This document shows, one piece after another, positions 10,203-19,870 of a stretch of 64,000 nucleotides of DNA. Made by a program: the position numbers and the translations under genes. This stretch comes from an uncultured Clostridia bacterium. Lineage in GTDB: Bacteria; Aerophobota; Aerophobia; Aerophobales; AE-B3A. The stretch is from assembly GCA_964543295.1 (NCBI GenBank), contig CAZIXA010000011.1, positions 999 through 64,998 of the forward strand, given 5' to 3'. Numbering within the stretch: position 1 is the first letter of the stretch; the number at the start of each line of letters is the position of its first letter. The notes under the pieces are model-generated. The model was given only the letters and a program-made list of their open reading frames with translations. It made no database searches and was not told where the DNA came from.

Positions 10203-11687
10203 CTACCAATCTGCTACTACAAATGGCGGAGCAGGTTTTACTCCTGGCTTGTAATAGCCGGCTTTCTCCATCAATCGATCCCAGTATTTCTCTGCTCCCA
10301 CCAGGGCATTATCTAGGCTCATAGCCCCGGTAAGATACTCATTTATAGCTATACCTAGAGAAATCTGAAGGTCGTTGACTTCAGGAATTCTGGGAATAGC
10401 TGTGGCTACGGGAAGTGAGGCCAGCCAGGCTTTTACTGTGGGATTGGCCCGCTGAAAAGCTGGACTGGTCAGAGATGAAATGTGAGAAGGCTCGACACCC
10501 GTTCCCGCTGCGGAGTAGATACATTGAGTTTCGGCACTGTTCAGGAAAGACAACCAGAGGAAAGCTGCCTCAGGATTCTTGGCATCAGCGGTGACTCCCA
10601 AAGCAGAGCCAGCAGCTAGAGCTGGAGCTACCTTGGCCTTAGGTCCTGAACCCTTAGGAAGCACAGCGTGCCTGATATCTTCGGCCCAGATTCTGGACAT
10701 TTCACTAAGATGGGCTTGTTTACCCACACACTGCCACTGCATCACCTGAGCCATTTTTCCAGCCAGCCAGGCCTCTCGGCACATAGCATAGTTCCATCCT
10801 GTGACACCCGGAGGAGAGTATTCAGTCAGCTCTTTAAACATCTTTAGGGCAGCTTTACCCTCGGGATTGTTAAAACCAGGTCTCCAGTCAGAAGTAAAGA
10901 GAGTTGCCCCGTAAGCCCCTAAAATATCCTGACCATAGTAGAAACTCCACATTCCCCGACCGGCCGGCATACCGAAGCCGTAAATGTCTATTTTCCCATC
11001 ACCGTCGGTATCCATAGTTAGTTTCTTAGCATTTGCCAAAACCTCGTCGTAGGTTTTGGGAGGTCCGGCCAGGCCAGCTTTATCATAGAGTGTTTTTCTC
11101 CAGTGCAGCAAATGGCAATCGGCATCATAGGGAAAAGCATAAGGTTTTCCTTTGTAGAGGGAGTAGCTTTTCCAGTAGACCGGATGGAAATCAGAAATAT
11201 CCACTTTCCATTTTTTCAGAAAATCGCTAAGCTCATAGAGAAATCCCGGTTCAGCGTAAGCCCCCAGCCATTCAGCATAGAACTCTACTGCATCGTATCT
11301 CCTGGTTCCCGAAAGAAACTCCATCATCAGCTTCTCAAAGAAAACATCGGCCGGAATACCTGTTATCTCCACCTTTATCCCGGAGAGCTCCTCAAATATA
11401 TCCTTGAACATAAGAGGAGCAGCAATATCCACTCCCTCAGAGGCGTGATGAATGACGGTTCCAGCAAATTTGTCCCTGATAGCAGCCCAGTCCTGCTGTC
11501 TTACCCAGTCCTTATTATCGGGCACGAAATACTCAGGAATGTTATACTCCTTAATGTACTTAGCCGCGATAAAGTCGGCTGGCTTAGGGAATATGGCAAA
11601 AGCAGCGGAAGCTACTGTTAGAATAAAACTTATCGCTAAGGCCATCACTACCGCTCTGTCTCCCCATTTGGATAACTTTCTCTTCAT
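10203..11687 (-). CDS. ABC transporter extracellular solute-binding protein (family 1, sugar)
   Basis: 494 aa with an N-terminal hydrophobic signal/anchor. First gene of the SBP-permease-permease operon. Ends in TAG. Confidence 0.85.
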   Translation of the reverse strand: MKRKLSKWGDRAVVMALAISFILTVASAAFAIFPKPADFIAAKYIKEYNIPEYFVPDNKDWVRQQDWAAIRDKFAGTVIHHASEGVDIAAPLMFKDIFEELSGIKVEITGIPADVFFEKLMMEFLSGTRRYDAVEFYAEWLGAYAEPGFLYELSDFLKKWKVDISDFHPVYWKSYSLYKGKPYAFPYDADCHLLHWRKTLYDKAGLAGPPKTYDEVLANAKKLTMDTDGDGKIDIYGFGMPAGRGMWSFYYGQDILGAYGATLFTSDWRPGFNNPEGKAALKMFKELTEYSPPGVTGWNYAMCREAWLAGKMAQVMQWQCVGKQAHLSEMSRIWAEDIRHAVLPKGSGPKAKVAPALAAGSALGVTADAKNPEAAFLWLSFLNSAETQCIYSAAGTGVEPSHISSLTSPAFQRANPTVKAWLASLPVATAIPRIPEVNDLQISLGIAINEYLTGAMSLDNALVGAEKYWDRLMEKAGYYKPGVKPAPPFVVADW

Positions 11688-11821
11688 TTTTACCTCCCTG
11701 CTTACAGTTTTTCTCTATCTCCCTACTTCCCGGTATCTCTCATTACTTTCTCAACTTTCGCGTATAAATTGTATTTTTGTTCTACTATTGTGACATTATT
11801 CATTTTGACTTGGTTCATTTT

Positions 11822-12140
11822 TCCCTGAAAGCTTCTAAAAAGAAATCTAATTATTTATTTAACGCTTTTCTTTCTTCAGAAGTTTTCTCTTATCCCATCT
11901 AACGGCCTACCTGCTTTTCACCTCCTTCTGGCCCTATTTTTAGCTTCTCTAATTTTCTCATGAATACTTATTTTGGGTCTTGCAAAATGATTCAAATTTC
12001 CGTGAAAGTTTTCAGTAGGAAAACGTAATTATTTAACGCTTTCTTTGAGAGCTTTCCTTTACCCCAAGCTGGATTTGGCCTACCTAATGCCTCACCCTCT
12101 TTCGGCTCTAATTTCTAGCTTTTACCCTCTTATTAAGAAA
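11822..12140. repeat. diverged tandem duplication (~178-bp period) in the 677-bp sorC-ABC intergenic leader
   Basis: 11822-11965 and 12000-12140 align by eye. Shared blocks are TGAAAG, TAATTATTTAACGCTTT, GGCCTACCT and GGC(C/T)CTA(T/A)TTT(T/C)TAGCTT. Confidence 0.5.
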
Positions 12141-12364
12141 GCTTTCTATATTGTTGGGGTTCTGGTAGAACAGGTTACCAAGGAGCTATGATAAAAGCGC
12201 AGAAGAATTTCTTTCAGTAAACCCCAGCATCAGGGTAACTCCCTCATCTTTATTCTCAGCGTAAAAGAGCTTAGGTTTTCGTTTTACCTGAGAAGATATT
12301 TTGCCTATATCATCTTCTCTAAATAGACAGTATTAGATTTATCTACTTGCTTCTAGTTCTTTGT

Positions 12365-13309
12365 TTATTTATAACGATCCCGAATAAGATTCTCTGCAGT
12401 CTTCTCGTCGGTAACCAGCAACTTAATAAGACAATTTCTCAACACTGCTTTGATAGCCTTAACTTTTTTAGATCCCCCTGCAATGCCTATAGGACACTTA
12501 GCTTTCTTCAGATCTGATAAACTCAACCCGATTACTCTATCGCTGTAACTCTGATCTACTATTTCTCCCTTTTTATCCACAAAATGCCCAATTATCTCTC
12601 CCTCTGCCCCTAAGTCCTGCAAATGCTTTATATCCTGGTCCTTTAAAAACCCTGCCTTAACCAATGATACCTGCGGACTTACAGCGCCAATCCCAACTAA
12701 TGCAAAATCAGTACTCCTTGCCATTTTTAGAGTATCTGAAATATTCCTTTGTGAGACGACTACATTTTTACTTTTTCCAGAATCGACAAAAGTGGGTGCA
12801 GAGATGTAATAGCATTGAGCTCCTAGTTTTGTAGATAATGTGTGAACTATTTCGCAAGTATTCTCATTATCTTGCTGAGAAATTCCTCCACTTATGGAAA
12901 TGATTTTTAAATGAGGTAATGTTTTTTCTTTAACAAAACTCACTGTATAAAAAAGAGTTGTTCCCCAACCCACTGCTAAACTTTGACCATCCTTAATGAC
13001 TCTATCTAACAATCCTGCAGCACCTTTACCTAGAAAGAGCTTCAAATCTTTTGGATTGTGAGGCTTGGGTACTACAATAACGTCCCTTAAGTTGAATATT
13101 TCTTTTAATCTTTTCCCCATCTCCAAGCATCTTGCAATAGGGTGAGAAATCTCTATATGTACTTTATTTTCTTCGCGAGCTCGAGAAACCAATCTCAGCA
13201 CTTTTAAACGAGATAGCCCTAATGAACTTCCAACTTCCTCCTGCGTTAATCCTTCAATGAAGTACAGCCACGCTGCTCTCATCATCAAATCCTCATTTTG
13301 ATAATTCAC
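12365..13309 (-). CDS. SorC/DeoR-type sugar-binding transcriptional regulator
   Basis: 314 aa. N-terminal HTH (AAWLYFIEGLTQEEVGSSLGLSRLKVLRLV) followed by a SorC sugar-phosphate-binding domain. Confidence 0.85.
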   Translation of the reverse strand: MNYQNEDLMMRAAWLYFIEGLTQEEVGSSLGLSRLKVLRLVSRAREENKVHIEISHPIARCLEMGKRLKEIFNLRDVIVVPKPHNPKDLKLFLGKGAAGLLDRVIKDGQSLAVGWGTTLFYTVSFVKEKTLPHLKIISISGGISQQDNENTCEIVHTLSTKLGAQCYYISAPTFVDSGKSKNVVVSQRNISDTLKMARSTDFALVGIGAVSPQVSLVKAGFLKDQDIKHLQDLGAEGEIIGHFVDKKGEIVDQSYSDRVIGLSLSDLKKAKCPIGIAGGSKKVKAIKAVLRNCLIKLLVTDEKTAENLIRDRYK

Positions 13310-13988
13310 AACATCCTCTTTGAACTATTGTTAAATAATTTTACTAATATTCATTATATATCACTACATCTAAATGTCAAGTGAACGAAAAAAATCAAGG
13401 CAAGCCCGGACTTCAAGGGACTTTCAGGAGAAATCAAAGAGAATTATCCTTTTGTCATGAACGCCGTTCCAGAAACTCGTAATTATTTTACCCTATAATA
13501 GAACTTGTTTTGGGTTGAAAATTGCTTTTTGGGGAAGAAATCCCATAAGAGAATGGCATTAAAAAGAATTACTTTTCTCATTTTCTCTGGGATATGAACA
13601 GAGCCTCTGCACTAAGGACAGATGAACTGCTGAACTGTTATCTCTATTTCTTTGTCTTTTTTTAACTGCTCAGGGAATCTTTCTGGCTTTATCTTAATAG
13701 GTATCGTTTCTATAAATCTTCTCAAACCCACAGTAGGGACACCTTGAAGGACGAAGAAGGCTATAAGAATCTTTTCCTTGATAGATATAGACCCAGAATT
13801 TCTCATTCTTTTGTGTTCGATATGCCATGATAATGCGCAAGGAAGAGTTTGTCAAGGAAGAAGTGTAATGTAATTATGAGAAAAAATTGTGGAAAGCGTT
13901 AAGCTCTTCTCTCTATAGAACTAGAACTCTCACTGCTATAACTATGTCGTTTTCCAAGAAAGAACTAATTTTCAGAGCTAAGATGTCT

Positions 13989-16352
13989 CTACCGGACAAG
14001 CTCCTTTATTCCGGCAATAACATCTCTTTCATCAGGTAAAAATGCCTTTTCCAAAACCGAAGATGAGGGTGGAGGTGTATTGGGAGCCGTTATCCGGAGT
14101 ATTGGGGCATCCAGATAGTCAAAGGCTTTTTCCTGGATTTCCATACCTATCTCTGCGCCAAAACCCATAAACTGAATAGCCTGGTGGACTATGGCACTCC
14201 TACCTGTTTTCTGAACAGATTTCACTATAGCATCTATATCAAGAGGATATAACGAGCGAATATCAATCACTTCCACTTCGATATCTTCCTCTGATAATTT
14301 TTCAGCAGCTTTTAAGGCTATAGGTACCATAGATAACCAGCAAGCTAGAGTCACGCTCTCCTTAGAAGGATCAGCCTCTCTTTTAATCTTGGCCTTTCCC
14401 AGAGGAACAAGGTATGGCTCCTTGGGAACCTTACTTTTGGCTAAAGGTTCTCGGTAAAGATTCTGATGTTCAATAAATACTACTAGATTATCGTCTCTTA
14501 TAGCGGACGTGAGCATTCCCTTTGCATCATAGGCATCTGAAGGAGCAGCAATTTTTAGTCCCGGCAGGTGGGTAAGTATAGCTTCCAGGCTCTGTGAGTG
14601 CTGACCAGCATAGCCTTTGCCTCCACCAATGGTTGTGCGTATAGTGAGAGGCAAGATGGCCTGACCACCCGACATATATTTCCATTTGGCTGCTTGATTT
14701 CCAAGCTGATCCAAAGCTTGCAAGATAAAGTCAATATACATTATCTCTACTATGGGTCTTAAGCCCCTCAGGGCTGCCCCAGCTCCGCTTCCTATAATGG
14801 CTGCCTCTGAGATGGCCGTATTAAAAATGCGCTCCCTTCCAAAAATATCAAGGAGTCCCTTGGTAGCCCCATATGCACCTCCGTAGTCAGCAATATCCTC
14901 TCCCCAGAGAAGGACTCTTCTGTCTCGCCTCATCTCCTGGAATAAGGCCTCCGTTACCGCTTCCCCATAGGTAATGGGCACATCGGGATCTCTTTTTAAA
15001 AAATCTGGTAGCTTTAAGATGGGGGCATTCTTATACTTTTGAGGAACTTCACTTGAGTTCGTATGACTAAAGAGACCAAAATACATTTTCTTTGGATCAG
15101 GGCTCTTTGCCTCAGCGGCCTTAACGGCCATAAGCTCATTTCGAGCCCTGCTTTTCTTTTTAAGTTGTTCAAGTTCCTCTGGGGTTATAATTTTTTCTTT
15201 TATCAATTCTTTAGAAAAGGTCTTGAGAGGATCTATTTTGGTCCATGCCCCAAGCTCCTTTAGGGCACGGTAGGTTTCATCCTCGGGCCCGTCTAACCTG
15301 TCCTTCACATTATGCCCCTTGAATCTATAGCACCAAAATTCCAAAAAAACGGGACCGCCACCTTCTCTGGCCAGCTCGGCTGCTCTTTTAGTTGCATCTC
15401 TAACTGCAAGCACATCCATTCCATTAACAATTTCAGCATGCATGGCTTCTTTATTATACCCAAAGCACCTCTCTGCCAAAAATTCTATTCCCGTAACCTC
15501 ACCTCTTTGCTGTCCGGTCATACCGTATTGATTGTTGACGGCAGCAAATACAACAGGAATTCCAAACTTTTTAGTCATTAATCCATTGGTGAACTGAGCC
15601 ATAGTAGCCATATTTATTGTCTCATGAGCAATACCATTGTTAAAGGCACCATCACCGGCAAAACATAAGGTTAGCCTCCTGTCTTCAAAGTATCTTGAGG
15701 CCATTCCAGAGCCAACAGCCATACCCATGCTTCCTCCCACAATAGCATTTGCCCCAAGGTGACCCCTACTAAAATCGGCTATATGCATTGATCCTCCTCT
15801 TCCCCTGCAGTAACCGGCTTCTTTGCCAAATAACTCCGCTATAGCTCTAAAAAGGTGCAGTCGCAAGGCCTCTTCAATGAACTCCTCGTGAGTTCTATCC
15901 TTGACTTCAAACCCTAAAAAGTCTGCCATGCGCTCGTCTTCTGTAATCAGGTTAATCAAAGCTGCATCGCTCATACCCCTGATAGCAAAGTATCCTTTGG
16001 CTAAAGCATCTCCGTGCCCACGATGATGACTGGTGATATAATCATCGGGTAGGATAGCTGATATAGCACCAGTAGAAACTGCTTCCTGACCGATTGAGAC
16101 ATGGGTTGCCCCAATATACAGATATTTCAGAGGGCCATATCTACCTTTCCTTTCCCTTAACTCACAAATCATTTCCTCGAGGTTCCTGATGAAGAGCATA
16201 CATTTAAGTAAATCTATACATTTCTCTTTGGTGAGGTCATCTTTCCTTAAGTCTTCGGCTAATGACTTTCTATATTGAAATTTAGGGATCTTATCTTTTA
16301 TTTGAATAAACCCGGGGGTAAACTCGGGTAACAAAGTGATCTCTCTTACCAT
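13989..16352 (-). CDS. TPP-dependent 2-oxoacid/acetoin dehydrogenase E1 component, fused alpha+beta subunits
   Basis: 787 aa. The N-terminal half has the E1-alpha TPP motif (GGSMH...FAGDGAFNNGIAHETINMA). The C-terminal half has the E1-beta pyrimidine-binding and C-terminal domains (FNTAISEAAIIGSGAGAA...). GGAG RBS present. Confidence 0.9.
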   Translation of the reverse strand: MVREITLLPEFTPGFIQIKDKIPKFQYRKSLAEDLRKDDLTKEKCIDLLKCMLFIRNLEEMICELRERKGRYGPLKYLYIGATHVSIGQEAVSTGAISAILPDDYITSHHRGHGDALAKGYFAIRGMSDAALINLITEDERMADFLGFEVKDRTHEEFIEEALRLHLFRAIAELFGKEAGYCRGRGGSMHIADFSRGHLGANAIVGGSMGMAVGSGMASRYFEDRRLTLCFAGDGAFNNGIAHETINMATMAQFTNGLMTKKFGIPVVFAAVNNQYGMTGQQRGEVTGIEFLAERCFGYNKEAMHAEIVNGMDVLAVRDATKRAAELAREGGGPVFLEFWCYRFKGHNVKDRLDGPEDETYRALKELGAWTKIDPLKTFSKELIKEKIITPEELEQLKKKSRARNELMAVKAAEAKSPDPKKMYFGLFSHTNSSEVPQKYKNAPILKLPDFLKRDPDVPITYGEAVTEALFQEMRRDRRVLLWGEDIADYGGAYGATKGLLDIFGRERIFNTAISEAAIIGSGAGAALRGLRPIVEIMYIDFILQALDQLGNQAAKWKYMSGGQAILPLTIRTTIGGGKGYAGQHSQSLEAILTHLPGLKIAAPSDAYDAKGMLTSAIRDDNLVVFIEHQNLYREPLAKSKVPKEPYLVPLGKAKIKREADPSKESVTLACWLSMVPIALKAAEKLSEEDIEVEVIDIRSLYPLDIDAIVKSVQKTGRSAIVHQAIQFMGFGAEIGMEIQEKAFDYLDAPILRITAPNTPPPSSSVLEKAFLPDERDVIAGIKELVR

Positions 16353-16377
16353 TTTAATTTTCTCCTTCTTTAATCTA

Positions 16378-16500
16378 TTCAGCCGCAGATTTACGCTGAT
16401 ATTTTTCTTTTATTATCATATACAAATCTCTTGAATTCTGGTTTTCTGCCAAAATTCAATAATAAGCCAACTTCAATAGTTGTTACTTTCAAGTAATTAA
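16378..16500 (-). repeat. intergenic repeat element, copy A (gene-proximal end faces the E1 start codon)
   Basis: Aligns along about 120 nt with 56525-56640 and, inverted, about 100 nt with 59173-59270. Contains the palindrome TTGAATTCTGG-N7-CCAAAATTCAA (16431-16459). Confidence 0.85.
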
Positions 16501-16505
16501 AAAGA

Positions 16506-17534
16506 TTATCCTCCCATTTTGACGAGGACCTTTAAAGAGCGCTTAGCCTCTGCTGTTAACTTTACCGCTTGGCCAATTTGTTCCAGACCAAAATGATGGG
16601 TAATTAACTCATCCGTATCAATCCTCTTCTGGTAGATATATTCAAGGATGGTGCGGGTTTCCAGGGGAGAGGAAGAATAACTAGCAACAAAAGTAATCTC
16701 GGAAAAAAAGAACTGATAAGGAACAATAGAAAGGGTAGCTTCAGGTGAAGTTGGACCGAATTGATAAAGAGTAGCGCCTTTTCCTGCCAATCTGATTCCC
16801 TCTTTAACAGCCTCAATGCTCCCCGGGGTAACTACAACTATGTCGGGGGCTCGTGCTTCATTTACCTCTTTAATTTTTTCCAGAACGTTCTCCTTGCCAG
16901 GATTGATGACCACATCTGCCCCTAATTTCTTGGCTTTTTCTAGCTTAAAGTCGAGAAAATCACTGACGATGACTAAACCCGCTCCTAAAATTTTGACTAG
17001 TTGAAGATGAACCAATCCTGCGAAACCAGCTCCCATAATGAGGACAGTGTCGCCCAGTTGTAAATTTGCCCGTTTGATGCCTCTCAAACAGCAAGCCATT
17101 GGTTCAATTAAACTTCCCTCTTCAAAAGAAACCTCCTGAGGAAGCTTCAGAACGTCGGTTCTTACGTTAGGGGCGGGGACACGAACGTATTCGGCAAATC
17201 CCCCCGGGTGAAGCCGGGTCTCTTTGAAAGTCCGGCACATAGTGTAGCTTTCGCGACGGCAGTAATGACAGACAAAACAGGGAACATGATGATGAACAAA
17301 AACCCGATCTCCTACCGATAAGCTTTCTACTCCCTTTCCCACCTGGCAGATAACACCAGCCGGTTCATGACCGAAAAATAAAGGAGCTCTTGGCTTCATA
17401 TACCATTCCATTACATCACTACCGCACACCCCACAAGTCTTAACTTCAACAAGCACTTCCCCAGAGCCAATTTCGGGAACAGGAACTTCCTCCACTCTTA
17501 CATCGTCATTGCTATAGTATCTGGCAGCCTTCAT
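16506..17534 (-). CDS. MDR zinc-dependent alcohol/polyol dehydrogenase
   Basis: GVCGSDV, GHEPAGVICQVG, a structural-Zn Cys cluster (CFVCHYCRRESYTMC) and GAGFAGL. ATG at 17534 is preceded by GGGAGG; the ORF-track start at 17624 is probably too far upstream. Confidence 0.9.
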   Translation of the reverse strand: MKAARYYSNDDVRVEEVPVPEIGSGEVLVEVKTCGVCGSDVMEWYMKPRAPLFFGHEPAGVICQVGKGVESLSVGDRVFVHHHVPCFVCHYCRRESYTMCRTFKETRLHPGGFAEYVRVPAPNVRTDVLKLPQEVSFEEGSLIEPMACCLRGIKRANLQLGDTVLIMGAGFAGLVHLQLVKILGAGLVIVSDFLDFKLEKAKKLGADVVINPGKENVLEKIKEVNEARAPDIVVVTPGSIEAVKEGIRLAGKGATLYQFGPTSPEATLSIVPYQFFFSEITFVASYSSSPLETRTILEYIYQKRIDTDELITHHFGLEQIGQAVKLTAEAKRSLKVLVKMGG

Positions 17535-17650
17535 TAAGACCTCCCTGTAGTTTGCTAGTATTGTCAAAAATATTTTTGACTTCTTACGATTGGTAGCCGC
17601 AGGATTTATCCTGCGCTTATACACAATAGCTTTGCTTTTCTTTACGCAAC

Positions 17651-18061
17651 CTAAAGGTTGCGGCTACTTTTGACCTTTGCTTTACTCAACACATCCTTGT
17701 TGGGAATTACGCAGATAAAACCAAAAGGCTCATCCCCTATATTCTTGAACTGATGGATCTCGTTGGGAGGAACGTAAATAACATCGCCAAAGGAAATCTC
17801 TGTCTCTTTTTCACCAAGCAACACCTTACCTTTTCCTTTCAAAATTATTACTCCATGATCATGGGCATGGTGCCCTAAATCGGTCCAACCACCTGGTTCT
17901 ATTTCAAAATATCTCATAGCAAAATAAGGAGCTTTTTCATTTTCACTTATTAGCCATCGCACGATGGCTCCTTTGATATCTGGGGAATCGTATCCCTGAG
18001 GAACCACTCCATCCCAATCAAAATTGTCGAGATCACCCTGAAACTTGTGAATTATTCCCAT
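17651..18061 (-). CDS. cupin-domain protein
   Basis: 136 aa with both cupin motifs (GHHAHDHGVIILKGKG and GDVIYVPPNEIHQFKN). Confidence 0.85.
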   Translation of the reverse strand: MGIIHKFQGDLDNFDWDGVVPQGYDSPDIKGAIVRWLISENEKAPYFAMRYFEIEPGGWTDLGHHAHDHGVIILKGKGKVLLGEKETEISFGDVIYVPPNEIHQFKNIGDEPFGFICVIPNKDVLSKAKVKSSRNL

Positions 18062-18089
18062 CCTAGGCCCTCCTTCCTTAAGTTAATTA

Positions 18090-18246
18090 GGACGCAGATT
18101 TTCGCAGATCTGTGTCCAAAAAGAAATTTCTATAACTTCTGGCTCAAAACTAAGGTTTAGTGAAAATCCAATTTCTGAAAATTTTAGTGATTCTTTAGTC
18201 AGTTTTTTATACTTAAATCTTCAATAAACTGCGTTCATCTGCGTCC
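18090..18246. repeat. MITE-like element with ~20-bp terminal inverted repeats
   Basis: The left end GGACGCAGATTTTCGCAGAT matches the reverse complement of the right end, GGACGCAGATGAACGCAGTT (16/20). The end motif is related to that of copies A, B and C. Confidence 0.6.
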
Positions 18247-18275
18247 AAAAAGGAAATTCCCATACTATCGAGTTA

Positions 18276-19826
18276 TTAAATAGAATTGGTACTTTCTTTT
18301 CTTAGGATGTCGGCGGTTGTTTTATAGACCGGAGCCAGCCGCTGATAAAGCTGCCGGTAGACTCTATACCAATCATTGTACTCCTTATGCCTTACCTCAT
18401 TCGGCTCATCTTCACTTATTACCTTTACCATCTCTTTTACTGCCTGAGTCACAGAATCGTATAGCCCTACCCCAACCCCAGCCAAGATCACAGCTCCCCA
18501 GGCTGCGCCTTCTCCGGGAACAACCTTAAGTATCCTTCTACCCATTACATCAGCTTGTATCTGTCTCCAGAGTTTACTCTTGTTACCTCCCCCTAAAGCA
18601 CGCACCTCTCTGGCCTTCACTCCAAGATTTTGAATAACTTCAGCATTCTCTCTAATAGCATAGGCCACTCCTTCCATAATGGACCTGATAAAATGGGCTT
18701 TGGTGTGGTGCATGGAAAAACCATAAAATACCCCTCTGGCGTGTGAGTCCCAGTGAGGACTTCTTTCCCCCATTAAATAAGGCAAAAATACTAGTCCTTC
18801 ACAACCGGCAGGGACCGCAGTCGCCTTCCTACCCAGAATCTCGTATACATCCTCTTTTTGGGATTCGGCCAAATCCTTCTCTTCGCGGCCAAAATTATCT
18901 CTGAACCATTTTAAAGCGTACCCGGTGGATTGCATCACTGCAATAGTTATCCACTTGTCCTCCACCGCGTGATACCAACAAAGAGCCCTAAACCGTGCAT
19001 CTGGACGAGGTGAGTGAGTACAAATATAGACAACCCCGGCTGTACCAATTACAGTCACCATCTGTCCTTCCTCTATAATCCCTGCTCCCACAGCTTCAGT
19101 GGCACAGTCCCCACCTCCTGAAATTACAGGAGTTCCCGAGATAAGTCCTGTCTCAGTAGCTGTGGTTCGAGTAATTTTGCCTACTATATCAGTAGAACTG
19201 GTTAACTCTGGTAAAATATCCTTTGGCAAACCAACCTCATGAAGGAGTTCCTCCGACCATCTTCTGTGGGCCACGTCAAAAAGAAGAGTTCCGCTAGCCT
19301 CTGAGGGGTCGGTAGTCATCTCACCGGTTAGTCTAAATTTTATAGAGTCTTTCGCCACCAACACTTTACAACTCCTAGCAAACGTTTCCGGCTCGTTTTC
19401 TCTCACCCAGAGCATCTGAGGAAGAGTGTAGGTGGTAGTGGGGAAATTGGCTGTTTGATCAAAAATAAATTCTGCACCTATCTTTCTTTTCAAACTTTCT
19501 ACCTGCGGACCGCTTCTCTGATCCATCCAGCTTATGGCTGGCCTTAAGGGTCTGCCAGCTTTATCCAGCAAGACATGGGTGTGCATCTGTCCACATAATC
19601 CAATGGCTTCTATATCAGGTGGGTGGGCTTTAGAAGAAGATAATACACTCTTTATCGATTTCTTAGTTGCATCCCACCAAATCTCGGGATCTTGTTCAAC
19701 CCATCCTGCTCTGGGAGTACTCAGGCCGTACTCCTCATAGGATTTGTACACATTTTTTTTATTGGTATCATACAAAATTACCTTACAGCCTGTCGTCCCC
19801 AGATCTATCCCCATTAAAAAAGACAA
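18276..19826 (-). CDS. FGGY-family carbohydrate kinase (xylulokinase-like)
   Basis: 516 aa with LMGIDLGTTGCKVILYD and GGGNKSKLWRQIQADVMG. Confidence 0.9.
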   Translation of the reverse strand: MSFLMGIDLGTTGCKVILYDTNKKNVYKSYEEYGLSTPRAGWVEQDPEIWWDATKKSIKSVLSSSKAHPPDIEAIGLCGQMHTHVLLDKAGRPLRPAISWMDQRSGPQVESLKRKIGAEFIFDQTANFPTTTYTLPQMLWVRENEPETFARSCKVLVAKDSIKFRLTGEMTTDPSEASGTLLFDVAHRRWSEELLHEVGLPKDILPELTSSTDIVGKITRTTATETGLISGTPVISGGGDCATEAVGAGIIEEGQMVTVIGTAGVVYICTHSPRPDARFRALCWYHAVEDKWITIAVMQSTGYALKWFRDNFGREEKDLAESQKEDVYEILGRKATAVPAGCEGLVFLPYLMGERSPHWDSHARGVFYGFSMHHTKAHFIRSIMEGVAYAIRENAEVIQNLGVKAREVRALGGGNKSKLWRQIQADVMGRRILKVVPGEGAAWGAVILAGVGVGLYDSVTQAVKEMVKVISEDEPNEVRHKEYNDWYRVYRQLYQRLAPVYKTTADILRKESTNSI

Positions 19827-19870
19827 TTAGCTACCTCTTCTCTAGGAGCAGAATTTCCTTAGAAATTCTG

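Noticed and set aside
11103-11621. Long plus-strand ORFs antisense to real genes: 3762-4226, 11103-11621, 11452-11793, 23810-24250 and 45426-45932.
   Set aside because: They lie entirely inside well-supported minus-strand genes, have low-complexity or Ser/Pro/Leu-rich translations and lack RBSs. They are shadow ORFs.
11822-12140. The tandem repeat in the sorC-ABC spacer as a CRISPR array or minisatellite.
   Set aside because: There are only two units of about 178 bp, strongly diverged, with no short repeat-spacer periodicity and no cas genes in the window.
12185-12325. A minus-strand peptide EDDIGKISSQVKRKPKLFYAENKDEGVTLMLGFTERNSSALLS just downstream of sorC.
   Set aside because: It has no start codon or RBS, spans only about 47 codons and shows no identifiable family. 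It is noted as a possible relic only.
13612-13806. A 64-aa minus-strand ORF in the 680-bp spacer downstream of sorC.
   Set aside because: It has no Shine-Dalgarno sequence and no recognisable motif. The open frame extends upstream without a start. It may be another decayed fragment, but I cannot support a call.
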